This document shows positions 1-13,035 of a stretch of 64,000 nt of DNA, one piece after another. The notes under the pieces were generated by a model. That model did not search any database. It was not told where the DNA came from and was given only the letters and a program-made list of their open reading frames with translations. Made by a program: the position numbers and the translations under genes. How positions within the stretch are numbered: position 1 is the stretch's first letter; each line of letters starts with the position of its first letter. Source of the DNA: Adineta vaga (lineage: Eukaryota > Animalia > Rotifera); assembly GCA_021613535.1 (NCBI GenBank), contig CP075496.1, forward strand, positions 5,456,001 through 5,520,000, given 5' to 3'.

Positions 1-2582
1 TTCATAACGTAGTTTAACTCGATCATTAGTTTGCTGAATTAAATACGTCAATGTATTACCAATATTTTTCACCTTAATATAGAATAAATATATATATATA
101 GAGAAAAAAGTTTCTTCGATCATTTTAATCTTACTTGTTCTTGAAGAGAATACAATTGTCGAAGAGTATTTTCTCGTGTATTTTCAGTTTCATCAACATT
201 TTCATCACTTGATGCGCCATCATCTGAACTTGTAATCATTGATGACGTATGTCCACCAGCACTACTATTATGTTTGGATGAATGACGTTTACGTTTTCGT
301 ACAGTAGACGAAGATGGTGGTACTAGTCCATTGTTACGTGCACTCGATGATGGAGGGTCAGTATCTATATGTGTTATCGGTGGTTCATCAGGTAATTTTG
401 CAAATTTATCTTCGAACATTTGCTAAAATAAATGAATTTTATAGAAAATCTTTTCAGAAAAATAGTAATATTCCTACTTCGACTTTTTTACACATCGCAA
501 CAACATCTGTGTGTGGTCCATTATAAAGATAGCAATTGCTAAATATAAGTCGTACGTCAGTTGCAAACTCATCTGGTGTTGCATATTCACGATTTTCAAG
601 TTTTTTCTAAAGATACGAAATAAAAGAAATAATGAAAAGGAATTTTTCTTTTCGTTATACCTTAGCAGTACCAAGATCCATTGGTTTTTTAATAATTTGA
701 TAATAATCAGATAGATTAAGAGTTTTAACATCAACAGGTTTGGCAAATGGCCAAACGAATGCCTGATCGAATAAAGAGAAGTATTTGAAAAAAAAACACG
801 AAACGAATCAATCAATAAGTTTACCAGATTCTTTTTATGTAATAAATCTTTGACGATATTAAGACAAAATTTTAACTGTTCCGTCATACGATTTTTTGGT
901 CGTTTAACTGAAGTCTAAATAAAATAGAAGCAATGATTAAATTGATTTCGAGAAGAGAAAATATTTCTTTACATCATTAGGTACACTATTTTCATATTTA
1001 ATACGTTTCAATGGTCCAGTAGTGCTATTTGTACGTTTAAACACTGCATCTTCATCTGTTTCAGTTTTTCGTTTAAAAGTCTAAATAATAAATCGATGAA
1101 AATCTTTCAAAATCTTTCGTAAATAAAATCTTACAGATGCTGATAAATCGTTAGTTGTCAATAATGCTGAATTCGACATCGATTGATGTTCTCCTGATAA
1201 TTTTGGTGACAATGATTGACTATTTTGATCAATATGATTTGAATTATTATTTAATGGAGAAAATGGAGATGTCATAGGATTTGGATTAGTTGTTGATAAT
1301 GTTCGATCTCGTGATGATGGATTTGTACCATTGGCATGAGAACTATTTACAGAACGAGCCGATGGAGATTGTACTAAATTAAAATATAAGAAAATAGTCA
1401 GAATAAAATTCATATGAACAATGAATACATGTATCGATTCGTATATTTTTTTTATAAGCGATTGTCGATCTTTGTATCATTGTTTTCTCTCTTCAGACAT
1501 GTATACAATTCTGTCAATATATCGCTGCTCTTTCCTCTTATGTGAATTGACCTTATATCTATGTTAGACAAATTTATCGTAATAGCGTATAATATATCCT
1601 GTTTGTTCGTTCAGATAGTGTACGATCAAGTGATTTTCTTTTATTTTGATCGTTTGCCTTCTTAGAATTTTCCTATGTAAGTTTCAAAATTCAAAGTAAT
1701 ACTTGTCTACGTATTATGTAAAGCTCAATTTTGAATCAATATAAATATGATTTAATAAAAAGATTATCCAATGATCTAGTGGATCATCTCATCGATAATC
1801 TCTGTCTTACTGAGACTCATAGTACTCTTAAATATGACATTTCTTTCTAGTGATGACATACATGGTGAGATAATATGTTCACTAGGAGTTGATGGTGAAG
1901 CTACGGAAACCGATAAACTTCCATCACCAATACCCTTGACTCCAGCTGGTTTTGTTGGATGTGGTACAATTTCAATCTCCTAAAAGAAATAAAATATTAA
2001 ATCATATTGAAATCTAAATCTACTTACATTTTCTGGCATTTCAGCTAATTTTTCATAGAACATTTTTTCCAATGTTGTACCCATGAGTACAACATCCTAA
2101 ATAGAAGTACAATATTCTTAGAAAACATAATCTTTAGCTTTTTTTTCTTTATCTACTTCGCCTGGTTTATTATACAAATAACAATTTGTAAACATTATAT
2201 TGAAATCAGTAATACATTCTTTAATACTATAATAATAATTTGTTTCGAGACGTTTCTTAATTGTACCAAGATCCATTGGATATCGTACAACTTTATTATA
2301 ATTCTATAAAATAATATACATGTATCAAGATATTATTAAAAAACAAAATCATACAGGTAAATTAAGTTTGACTGGATTAACAGGTTTTTGGAATGGCCAT
2401 GAAAATTCATGTTTCCATAAAAATTTTATTATAACTTTTGACACATATTGTAATTGATTGGTTTGTCGGCCACGTTTTGTTGCCGGTATATGTGGTAATT
2501 TCATTGGATATGCACTTGTCGACTAAAAGATAATCATAAGAAGCATGGAAATTATTCGAGATAAACAATCTTGTACCTTCAT
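1..2582 (-). CDS. BET-family double bromodomain protein (BRD2/3/4, fs(1)h-like); spliced, 3' end lies beyond the window start
   Basis: ATG AAG|gt at 2582, then [61 protein letters not shown] (BD1), and [47 protein letters not shown] (BD2), followed by a Ser/acidic region and a coiled coil. Confidence 0.95.
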
Positions 2583-3908
2583 GATAAAGTTTTTTTTAGA
2601 AGAAAAAATTTAACATGAATAGAATACGAAGATATGATAATATTCGTCTGGCTTTATATGAAAAAGAAGTTTTGTTTTAAACTCTTATATGCATCATTTA
2701 TTTTCATAATAGTGGAAGAAAAGCAATTAATTAAAATATTTAGATGATTCAACGATAAGAAGAATGAATGACAGGTGAAGGTAAATATGTGGTTGAAAGA
2801 AAAAAAAAACAAATTCTTTGAAACAATAAACGATCGCCATTTTCTTTCCATGTGATTAGAAACTTCATGAATTCAATTGATGGATCAAAGTGCATTAATG
2901 TGATAGTTTGTTTGTTTTTCTAATTTAATGAGAATAAATCATGAGATTTTGTATTTTAAATAGAATTTCACTCATTTATGACAATAGAACTTTAAAATTA
3001 TTATTAAGGAAAGATAAATTACTGATTGTATAGATGTCGCATTAGTTCTAGATGATTTTCATTCTACTGAGAAAATATGAGAAACTGCTTTTTTTCGACA
3101 TTCATAAATATATTCAAGACAGAGTGCAATTCATGATAAAAGTATTCAATGAAAAGAAAGTTTTTGTTTTCGAGGAATGAATTAAATAGTAGAAGAAATC
3201 TTCTCATTTAATACGATAGCAATTGAGCGAAAGCATTTTCAATGAAAGAAATACGCAGAACATAAACTAACGAAAATATCTGTTACATTTTCCCTTATAG
3301 TGTTGCCTTGGAAATCGAGTTATTCAATTTGTTGTTGTTGTCGTTGTTTTACCATCATTTACTTCAGTACTATTGTAAAATGATTCGTTCATGGACTCAT
3401 CCGCAATTGAAGATAAAGGGAGTATCAAGCAGAATACAAATAAAGCAAGAAGAAGAATTGTACACGAAATACACACTTTTTTAAATATTATTTTTTGAGT
3501 ATATATCCCATGATTACTAACGATATTCAATCTTGTAGTATTATATTCATACAATATGTATTAAAAGTTCGCTTTTCTAATACAATATACTTACGAATAA
3601 TTTATTTTCTTAGAATATATATACCTGTGTTGTTAAAATTTTTAGTTGCTTTATAGCAATCGATTGTTGATAGAAAAAGATTCTTTAAGTTCGTATGGAT
3701 TACTGATTTATACTTTTGTATGAAACAAGAAGTCAGAAGAAAAGAAACTCTGATTGGTGTCAGTCGTAAGCTAATCAAATCAAATTCTTTCTTCCTTTCA
3801 GAAATTTCCAAGTCATATAAAATAAGTTACATTTATTTAAAAAAAAAACGTTTTCTTCTACATTCATCAAAACTATGTGAAAGTTATTATTTAGATAAGA
3901 CATCAACT

Positions 3909-6900
3909 ATGTCCCCTAATTTAACTGCACAACCTCAATTATCTGAATATAAATTTGAAGATTCAAATGACTGTGTAATTGTACATCTGTATGCAAATGG
4001 AGCAATTGAAATCAAAGATGTTGAATTTAATTGTGATCCTGATGTTCTGGAAATATCTACACCAAGTGAGTCATACAAATATTAAAAACTTATTTTTAAA
4101 CAAGAAAGTCTTTAATCTCTTTTTCTTTAAGTTGGTCAACGATGGGAATTTCAATTATATTCACCTATTTACTCTGATCAAGTTGAAATCGAGGGTACAA
4201 TTAACGAAAATAGAACACAAACAACAATTCAACTTCGCTTACATAAACAGCGAAAACAACTAACATGGCCTCAACTTTGTAGTCGACAAACAAATTCAAT
4301 AATACAACAAGAAAACAACGAACATATCGAAATGACAAATCTAGAAATGAAGCCTTCTATTCTACAAGAACAATCTGAAGAAATATCATTGAAAAAAATA
4401 CAACAGACTTTTATAGAAACAAATGATAATAAAGCCATTTCACGATTACAAATCAAACAAGTTCAAGATTGTCATGTAAATTTTACTGATACAAATTTTA
4501 CCATTATTTTCCAAACAGAGTTCGTCTATTCTTTCAATCATTGATTGACATGTATACATTGGATTTTTTTTCTTTTCAGTGATGAAGAATTTCTTCGTTT
4601 TCATTCTATGTCATCGACAAAAACATTTAAATTATTTGTTCGTGTGAAAGAACGCATTAAACCCGAAGAATGCACTTATGCAGTCACACCAACATGTATC
4701 GAAATTACACTTACAAAAGATAATGAATATGGGATGAAATGGTATCAACTTGAACCCAATGAATATTCAGAAGTTCGTCCACGTTTACACTTATCACCAA
4801 TATCAACAAGTCCCTTAAGATTGACAAAGACAACTCCATTAAAAAATGACATAAATAAAGGTAAATTGAGCGAAAAGAATGATCGAGTGTTTCTCATTTT
4901 GTAACACTGATATCTTGTTCTATTCTATTGGAATAATATTTCTTCTCTTTTAAGTTATTTCTCACCTTCCATCGATGCCCAGATCGGTAAGATGATTTGT
5001 AATTCTATTTTTGTATTACTAAGAAACTCTTCTTATTGTAGTCAGATACGTTTTCTTCTGGATCAACACTTTATCGAAAAGATATTACAAGCTCACCTAG
5101 TACAACACCCACTATAGGTTATACTGGCATATATAATCCAGCAAATTCATGTTTTATGAATGCTGCTTTACAATGTTTGGCGAATACACGTGAATTACGA
5201 GATTATTTCTTACGTATGAACATTAAAATGATAATTTTCTAAAGTATATTCTTTTCATATTTATAGAATCATACTATTGTATGGAAATTAATCGAACAAA
5301 TCCACTTGGTATGAAAGGAATCATGGCAGAAGAATTTGCTAATGTTATTAAAAATTTATGGAGTGGAGCATTTAATTATATTGATGCAAATCGATTGAGG
5401 GTTCGTTCAAAATTTTTTTATATAAGATTCTAGTTAGAATTGAACAATAATTTTAGGAGTTTGCAGCGAAGAGACATCAAGAATTTATTGGTAATGGACA
5501 ACATGATGCTCAAGAATTATTAACCATTATATTAGATGCACTTCATGAAGTAAGAATTGAAATATAGAAATAGGAAAAATGATGTTAATTTTATTGTAGG
5601 ATCTTAATCGAATTATTGATAAGCCGCAAGTACCACCTGTAGAAGATGGAAATCGACCTGATCATGTAAATACAAATATAAAGAATTGTCTTCTCTAGTA
5701 ATATGCAATTATTTGAAATAGATTATTGCTGATGAATATTGGCGTGGTTATTTATCTCGTAATGATTCTTTGATTGTTCAATTATTTACAGGGCAATTCA
5801 AATCGAAAACGAAATGTCCACAATGTCAGAAAGTTTGTTATATCAACAAAATTAAATTCATATTCTGTTTATTCAAAATATTCTTTCAGGAATCAATTAC
5901 ATTTGATCCATTTACTTCACTTTCTGTACCATTACCAAAACGTATTGCTGTTGATACAATCGTTACATTTCGAAATGAAGAGAAATCACCAATTAAAGTA
6001 GAATTGAAGTTTTTTACATAAAATTTCACGTAAAGATTCATTTTTACTTATAGTATCGAATTGTAATGTCATCAGATGGAACAATTGAGGAACTAAAACG
6101 TGTTATATCAAATAAATGCGGTATACCAGTAGCTAAAGTCAGTTAATACTAATTATTAATGCTCTTAGGAACTGTCAATTATATTTTCATTTAGATGTTA
6201 GCATTTAAAATTCAAGATAGTTGTACTGTAGAGCATCTATCAAATCAAATGCATGTACAGAGTAGTAGCTATTCATTTAGTAGTTCGGATATAACTTATA
6301 TGTAAGGGATTTAATATATTTTAATAAAACATCTTATTACAATGTGTATGCTTGTATTTCTAGAACTGAAATTTTGACAAGTGCAGAATGTAATGATGAA
6401 CCAATCATTTCATTAACATTTTTTCAGCGTATATTCAAAACAATTGATTACATATCATCATGTGCTTATTGTCAAGCATTGCCTAATCCTCATACTTCAC
6501 CGAAATTTTGTAAAAATTGCTATCAAACATCCTATTGTGATGAGTATGTTTATTCATATCATTTATTAATCCTTATTATACTTTTCAATCTTTTCATTTC
6601 TAGACAATGTTTAAGATTTCATAAAAATGAACATGAACATAAATGTAAATTTCGGACATCGACTAATTATGAAGTTATTGGTGTTCCATTTGTTATTTCG
6701 TTACCAAAATCTAAATTAACATGTGAATATGTCTTTGAACAGATCAGTATTTATTCTAAGTAAATTAAAAAAAATATCTAAATAACAATAAAATTAATTG
6801 AAATATATTTCTGTTTTGATATTTTAAGACGATATGTCGATATTCATATAGAACGAACAAAACGAATGAAACGATCAATGGCAGTTAATCGAGATTTTGA

Positions 6901-8367
6901 TGATTATGAACGACTTACTGATGACGATGATGAAGATGACAGGTAGATAATATGGATGAAGTTAATCTTAATTTGAAGTTATTTGTTATGAAATTAATTC
7001 ATTGAGAGAATGAGATGAAACTTATTTCGAATTGTTTTAGTTTCAGTGATATTGAAAATGTTGATTGGGAAACAATAAAAAGTACGCTTTCATCATCGGA
7101 TTCTTGGTCTATTTGTCGTATTGGTGATTATTTTGTTAAAACAAATAAAAATAAACGACGTCATAATCAAGAGAAAAAAGATCGAAAAGAAAAAATACTT
7201 AGAAGTATATCCGCCACGGAAAATGATGATGATGAAGAAGCAATGGTTGTCAGCGCTGGTGAGAGTGGTAGTAATAGTAGTACGGAAGATTTTGATATGC
7301 TTGATGATATATTTGGCAGTCAACCCTTATTTCGTTTAACACCTCAAACAACAGATCTTTTCGAGAACAATTCTCAATCCATTATTGAACCTGGTTAGTA
7401 GCATGTGCTCTAAAACTTAAGCAAAGATATCAGTAGAATCGTTATCATTTATAGGTGAAGATGCTGATAACATTTTACGTCGTTATACAACATTTTCAAT
7501 TGATTGGTTTACAGATAATAAATTAGATGCACCATTACGTATTACACCACCAATGAATCGTAATAGAATCAACGGTCTTGTTGAAGATGATAGTGTTCTA
7601 AATTCTACCAGTGGTGGTAAGTAATGAATATGATCTGTTTATTTTTCTTTCGACTGATAATTAATCGATAATTTTATACAAAAGATCAAGATATAACACT
7701 ACAACAATGTTTGGAATTATTTATTAAACCAGAAGTCTTAGGTCCCGATGATAAATGGTATTGTCCACATTGTAAAGAACATATTCAAGCAGAAAAACGT
7801 ATGTCTATTTGGCGTTTACCACCCATACTTATTGTGCATCTCAAACGATTTAAATACAATCATTGTTCATCATCTTCTTATATGTCGAATACACGAGAAA
7901 AAATTGATACAACAGTTAAATTTCCTATACAGTATGTTTCAATCATATTTTCAAATGAAATAAAGACGAAAAGTCTCGTTTTTTAGTGATCTTAATATGA
8001 CACCATATTGTTCTTCAGCATCTGAACAAACTAATAATACAACTCAATGTCGTTATGATCTTTATGGAATTGTAAATCATCGTGGTTCAGCATGGTTTGG
8101 ACATTATACATCCTATGCTAGACTTTTAGCAAATAATGATTCAGCTAAAACTGAAATTGGTAATAAATATTTGCTTACAGTGAATAAGAATCAAGTTACA
8201 TATGTTTTTTTAATTTAGGTTGGCGTCAATTTGATGATACACGTGTTTCTTCATTAACGAATGTCAAAGATCTTATTCGATCTGATGCATATGTTTTATT
8301 CTATCGACATCGTCATCTTGCAGTCAATTTTACCGTTCAAGAACAAATTCAACGTGCTCTAACATAA
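3909..8367 (+). CDS. USP19: USP19-like ubiquitin-specific protease (CS domains, USP domain, MYND finger insert); multi-exon
   Basis: N-terminal CS/p23-like segments ([21 protein letters not shown]); Cys box [21 protein letters not shown]; QHDAQE; [12 protein letters not shown]; MYND-like [19 protein letters not shown]; WYCPHCK; His box [15 protein letters not shown]; [13 protein letters not shown]. Confidence 0.88.
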
Positions 8368-8683
8368 TTAACATTGATGTAAAACAAATGGATAATAATC
8401 GTTCGATTAAATAAACATGTCTATACCGGTTATATGCGTATATTTTTCTTTTATTCAAGACTTTCATTAATCTGTGATTTCTTTTTTTTTTCATTGAAAA
8501 TTAACCCGAGTGTGTATTTTGCTTTCATTTTTATATTCCTATTACGAAAAAAAAAACAAATTGTAAAGGTGCTAAAAGAAAATTCGAATTATTACATAAT
8601 ATTTCATCGAAAAGAATCACTTGTTTATTATATGAAATAGCGACCGACGTTATTCTTTACAAAGTTGATCGAATGAGAATTTC

Positions 8684-8721
8684 TTTCTCGAAATTTCTCG
8701 ATTATATAAAATCATGACTCA
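8684..8721 (+). promoter_or_regulatory. Candidate heat-shock element, TATA box and AP-1 site upstream of the sHSP gene
   Basis: TTCtcGAAatTTCtcGA (8685-8701), directly followed by TATATAAAA and TGACTCA (8715-8721). Confidence 0.45.
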
Positions 8722-9771
8722 TAACACATGCTGGCGCTATTCGTCTATGCTGAAGAAAAAGGAAATATGTGTTTAAACCATAATTTTTGACAAATGATAA
8801 AGCAAGAAGTCTATAGAATTGAATATGCGAAAAAAAAGACACAGACGAAGTAAAAAGAGAACACGATTACTAAAAATAAATAAAGTATCCTTTTCTTTCC
8901 CTCAAAAAAAAAAGCCATTGAGTTATTTTCTTTTTTTTCTCTTTCAGTGGATGTTGGGCATGTAAGTGTGAAAAAAAGAAAAGGGTAAGAAGAATTGATT
9001 TGGTTTTTTTCTTTTACTTCTATTTTTCTTCTTCATCTGCTCTCGATTAATAAATGATATATGATTAAATTCTAGCATCGACTGAAATACAATATTTAAT
9101 CCATAATAAACATGTCGCCTACACAATTCTTTCTTGTTTTTTTCTTTATTGACCAATAAATCTCTCTGTATATACGCATCATACGTATGTGCGCAGTAAT
9201 TATTATCAATGAAAAACATACACCCATGCGGAAGATATATATTCGCATATATGTAGGTTTCTGTTTGACTGATCGCCATCGATGGGTAAGGATACTATCT
9301 TGCTCGACAGACTCCGACATTTTATATAAATACGAAAGATAATTTTCGTTATTTTTTCGATTATGATTTATACAAAAGCACAAATATGATGTGCATTATC
9401 GGTAAGATGTCTTTGTCAAAAAAGAAACTTTCTTTTTTTCGTTGTTTATTTATCATTAAAGAAAAGAAAACGAGAAGAGAAAAGAATAGATCATATCTAA
9501 TATATCAATCGATCGCAAACTATTTGCGTACTTGCATACCCCATTTATACGTTGTTAATCGAGTAGAAGACAAGTAATGATAAAAATCAATCTATCATTA
9601 TCGTCATTATTACTTTCCTTCTTATTTTTACCTGCATTCATTCAGTTAAAAAAGAAAAGATACAAGGCCGAATATTCAATACATATACTCACACACTACA
9701 TATATAAATGAGATGAAAAAGGATGGTTGCTTTTTTTAGATTTATATTTGAGTCAAAAGAATAAACTGACT

Positions 9772-11686
9772 ATGTCTTCACAACGTTACTCAGAAAGTCG
9801 AACAGTACATGGAGAAACTCGTCGAGGAGGTGATCTCTATGATTCACCATATAGTCAACGTGTCACTGTTCCTATTCAACATTCAATAAATAGTTTCACT
9901 AGTACTCCTAATGAACAACGTGTTCAAGATCGTATTCGTCATCAAGATACAACAGTGCAATGGGTCAATGATCCAGTAAGTGGCCAAGAAAAATTTCGAG
10001 TTCAGATTAATATTGAAGGATTTAATCAAAATGAAGTATGTAAAAATGACTAACTTTTATTTCAAGAAGAAAAATTTCCTTCTTTCTTTCCATTATAAAT
10101 TAGGTTAATATTCGTGTGGAAGGAAATAAATTGATTGTCTATGGAGAACATGTAGAAAATCATAATGATGTAAGATCCGTATGTTTTCGCTTTTGTCATT
10201 AATAGATACAATGAAAATCATTTTGAATTGAAATTTTTGTTGTTTATATTTCATTATGTTATATAATTTAGAGTACAGCAAAAAAAATTATCGAAAAATC
10301 ATTTGAATTACCGCGTGATGTTGATACATTAAGGTAGAAATTATTCAAATTTTCAATTGATATTTTTCAATTGTATCATATTATTTTAGTCCACATGTAA
10401 CATTTCCAACATCAGCAAAAATGCAAGTTGATTTTCCATCACGCCATTCCAATGTACTCATTGATGATGGTCGTACATCGTCGAAGTTCATATCTAATTG
10501 TGATATATCTCAACGGTCAGCACCTGAAATTACTCAACAACGAAGTTCAACTGAATATACATCAACAAGACGACTCGGTGGTGGTGGTAGTGGCGGTACT
10601 ACGCATACTTATGAACGAAGTTCAAGTAAAATGCGTTTGTTATCTATGATTTAACTAGAGATAAAAAGATGACTCATTTCAGGTCCACGTCGTCATTCGC
10701 CTTATGATCAACCGTTTGGTAATAATGATATTGGACGTAACACTACTACTAATTATGCATCAACGAGTCAGCATCAATCACGTGAACATCAAAGTTCACC
10801 ACGTCAAGTTTTTAGCAGTTCTATAGCAACAGATTCATACAATCGATCTAATAGTCCACCACGTCAAGGTTTTAGCAGTTCTATAGCAACAGATTCATTC
10901 AATCGATCTAATAGTCCACTACGTCAAGGTTTTAGCAGTTCTATAAAAACAGATTCATTCAATCGATCTAATAGTCCACCACGTACACATCGTATACCAA
11001 CAACCTATTCGCCATCGCGAACGTCGTTTTCATCATCTTCACTTGGTAATATCGGTAATGTAAAAGAAGAAACATTTACTGAATCACATCGTGAAACACG
11101 TCATCAGCGTTCAAGTCCAACATCGGGTGTACAATCATCTCATGAAGTTGAACATCATCGTTCAGGTAGTCCATCAATAGCAAGAGGTCTTGATGAGGAT
11201 CGTTTTCACTCAAGTCTTAGTCTTGGTGGTCGCACTTTGTCACCAGCATCACGTAATCTTGAAGTACGAGAATTCTCGCGACGTGTTGGTAGTGGTTCAA
11301 ATAATCAAAATAATGATAAGTTTCTTAATAATGATTCTTCACTATTTTCTCGTGACTTCAATTCGGATGCATTCTACCGAAGTGCTTTTCAACCGCAAGT
11401 TTTTACTGATGATCATGGTCAAAAACGTATTGAAATGAAACTTGAAGTTAATAATTATCAACCCAATGAAATAAAAGTCTCGGTTAATGGTAATGATCTT
11501 ATTGTTCAAGCTGAACATAGTAGTGATCGTCCACCAACATCTTCAACACGACAATATTTTTATAAACAAATTACATTACCATCCAATACTGATTTATCTA
11601 GTTTATCATCACAATATCATCCTGATGGTAAACTTCATATTACAGCAAAATTATCGCAAGAACAATCATCAATTAGATATAATTAA
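9772..11686 (+). CDS. Small heat-shock protein with two alpha-crystallin domains and a long Ser/Arg-rich linker (about 540 aa, 5 exons)
   Basis: ACD1: KFRVQINIEGFNQNEVNIRVEGNKLIVYGEH..IEKSFELPRDVD. ACD2: IEMKLEVNNYQPNEIKVSVNGNDLIVQAEH..FYKQITLPSNTDLSSLSSQYHPDGKLHITA. Exon phases are consistent. Confidence 0.88.
10795..10984 (+). repeat. Coding tandem repeat, about 3.2 x 60 bp (SPPRQGFSSSIATDSFNRSN)
   Basis: The 60-nt lines at 10801, 10861 and 10921 are near-identical and in frame within the last sHSP exon. Confidence 0.97.
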
Positions 11687-12405
11687 GGTTTTCGTCTTTT
11701 TTTTCTTAATAATATTTCAATCTTGAAAGTTCGTTCTTTTTCTTTCTTTTTTCATCAATTTAAATAAATATATATAATTTTCGGCAAGGTATATTTGAAA
11801 ATATTTCTATAGAATTTGATATACATATTTATGTAGTAACTGAATGTTCTCGAATTTGGTTAAGTTAGAGGTAAATTTTAAATTATTAAATGATACATTT
11901 CTTAGCAACAGAAGATCAATATTCGAATGATGTCATCAGTCTATAATCGAAAGCGCTACATTATAAGAATTTAATATTTCAAATCTTCTCAATCTCAAGT
12001 AGTTTTTCGAATATAAGAAAGTAAAAGGATTGATTATTGTTTACGTTGACGATCTTATTTAATCAAGCGAAACAATTGTGTTTTGTTGTTTTCTACTCGA
12101 AATGAATCAAAATAATTGTAAGACTAATGACCATGAATAAAACAGTTGTTTTGCATAAATTTACGCTTGAAACAAATATAGTTCTTTCTCTCTAACCTAG
12201 GTCATACTTCATCGACTTGTTACAATAATCATTGCTGAACTCAATCAGAAAGAGAAAAGAAATGATAAGAGATTAGTTAAAAACAGATTTAGTTTCTTCC
12301 ATAATGATTAAAAAATTTTGAGTTCTTTTAAGCATGTGCATATCAGAGATTCATGAAATAAACATCCGATTTGCCAAATATTGTCTAGTTAAATGAACGT
12401 CACGA

Positions 12406-12683
12406 GGGTCCGGTACACTTTGCCGATAGTTATATTTTTCGAAAATTTGTTTTCTGAATAAAACTAATCAATGTCTTGGTTCACTTAATCTATCCGTTTG
12501 CAAAGTACAACAAAAGGATGACAGTGAATTAGACTCTCTTCAATAGACTGTGAGTACATAAATAAGGAAAGATAATGGATATAGATGCATACCCTTACAC
12601 CCTCACCCGCACTCTCACTCATTTTCACCATCATCCTCAAGTTTTTGTCGGCAAAATGATTCTCGGCTAAGTGATTGCGGCCC
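12406..12683. mobile_element. Degenerate MITE-like non-autonomous DNA element
   Basis: Imperfect terminal inverted repeats GGGTCCGGTACACTTTGCCGA / TCGGCTAAGTGATTGCGGCCC; degenerate 8-bp flanks CGTCACGA / CATCGCGA; 15-bp subterminal repeats and an internal ACCCTC-like hexamer run. Confidence 0.5.
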
Positions 12684-13035
12684 CATCGCGATATCAACAT
12701 CATTGTTTATTGAAATAAATGACAACGAAATATAGATTCTTCATCCAGAACAATGCTATTTTCTAATCTGTAATGTTTTATCTATTGGCGATGATCAATG
12801 TTGAAAAAATGACTGATCGTAATAATGAGGTGCACTTTATGAATTACATGAAAATGTCTGAAGTCTTTCTTTTTCATTCTTTCTTCTACCGTCCGCAATG
12901 CTTTCTAAGTGTCAATATTTGCGTACTTCAACACTACACACAACATTGAAGACTTGTTTTTTTATCTTAAATAAACTCAATAAAAAGAAGAAAATTAACA
13001 ATTTTATTTCATTTCATTTTCTCCGCAAAAGTTTT

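Noticed and set aside
3301-3316. RFX X-box-like motif GTTGCCTTGGAAAT
   Set aside because: The match is imperfect and is not next to an evidently ciliary gene.
10795-10984. 60-bp repeats as a CRISPR-like array
   Set aside because: The units are contiguous, lack unique spacers and lie in frame within a eukaryotic exon.
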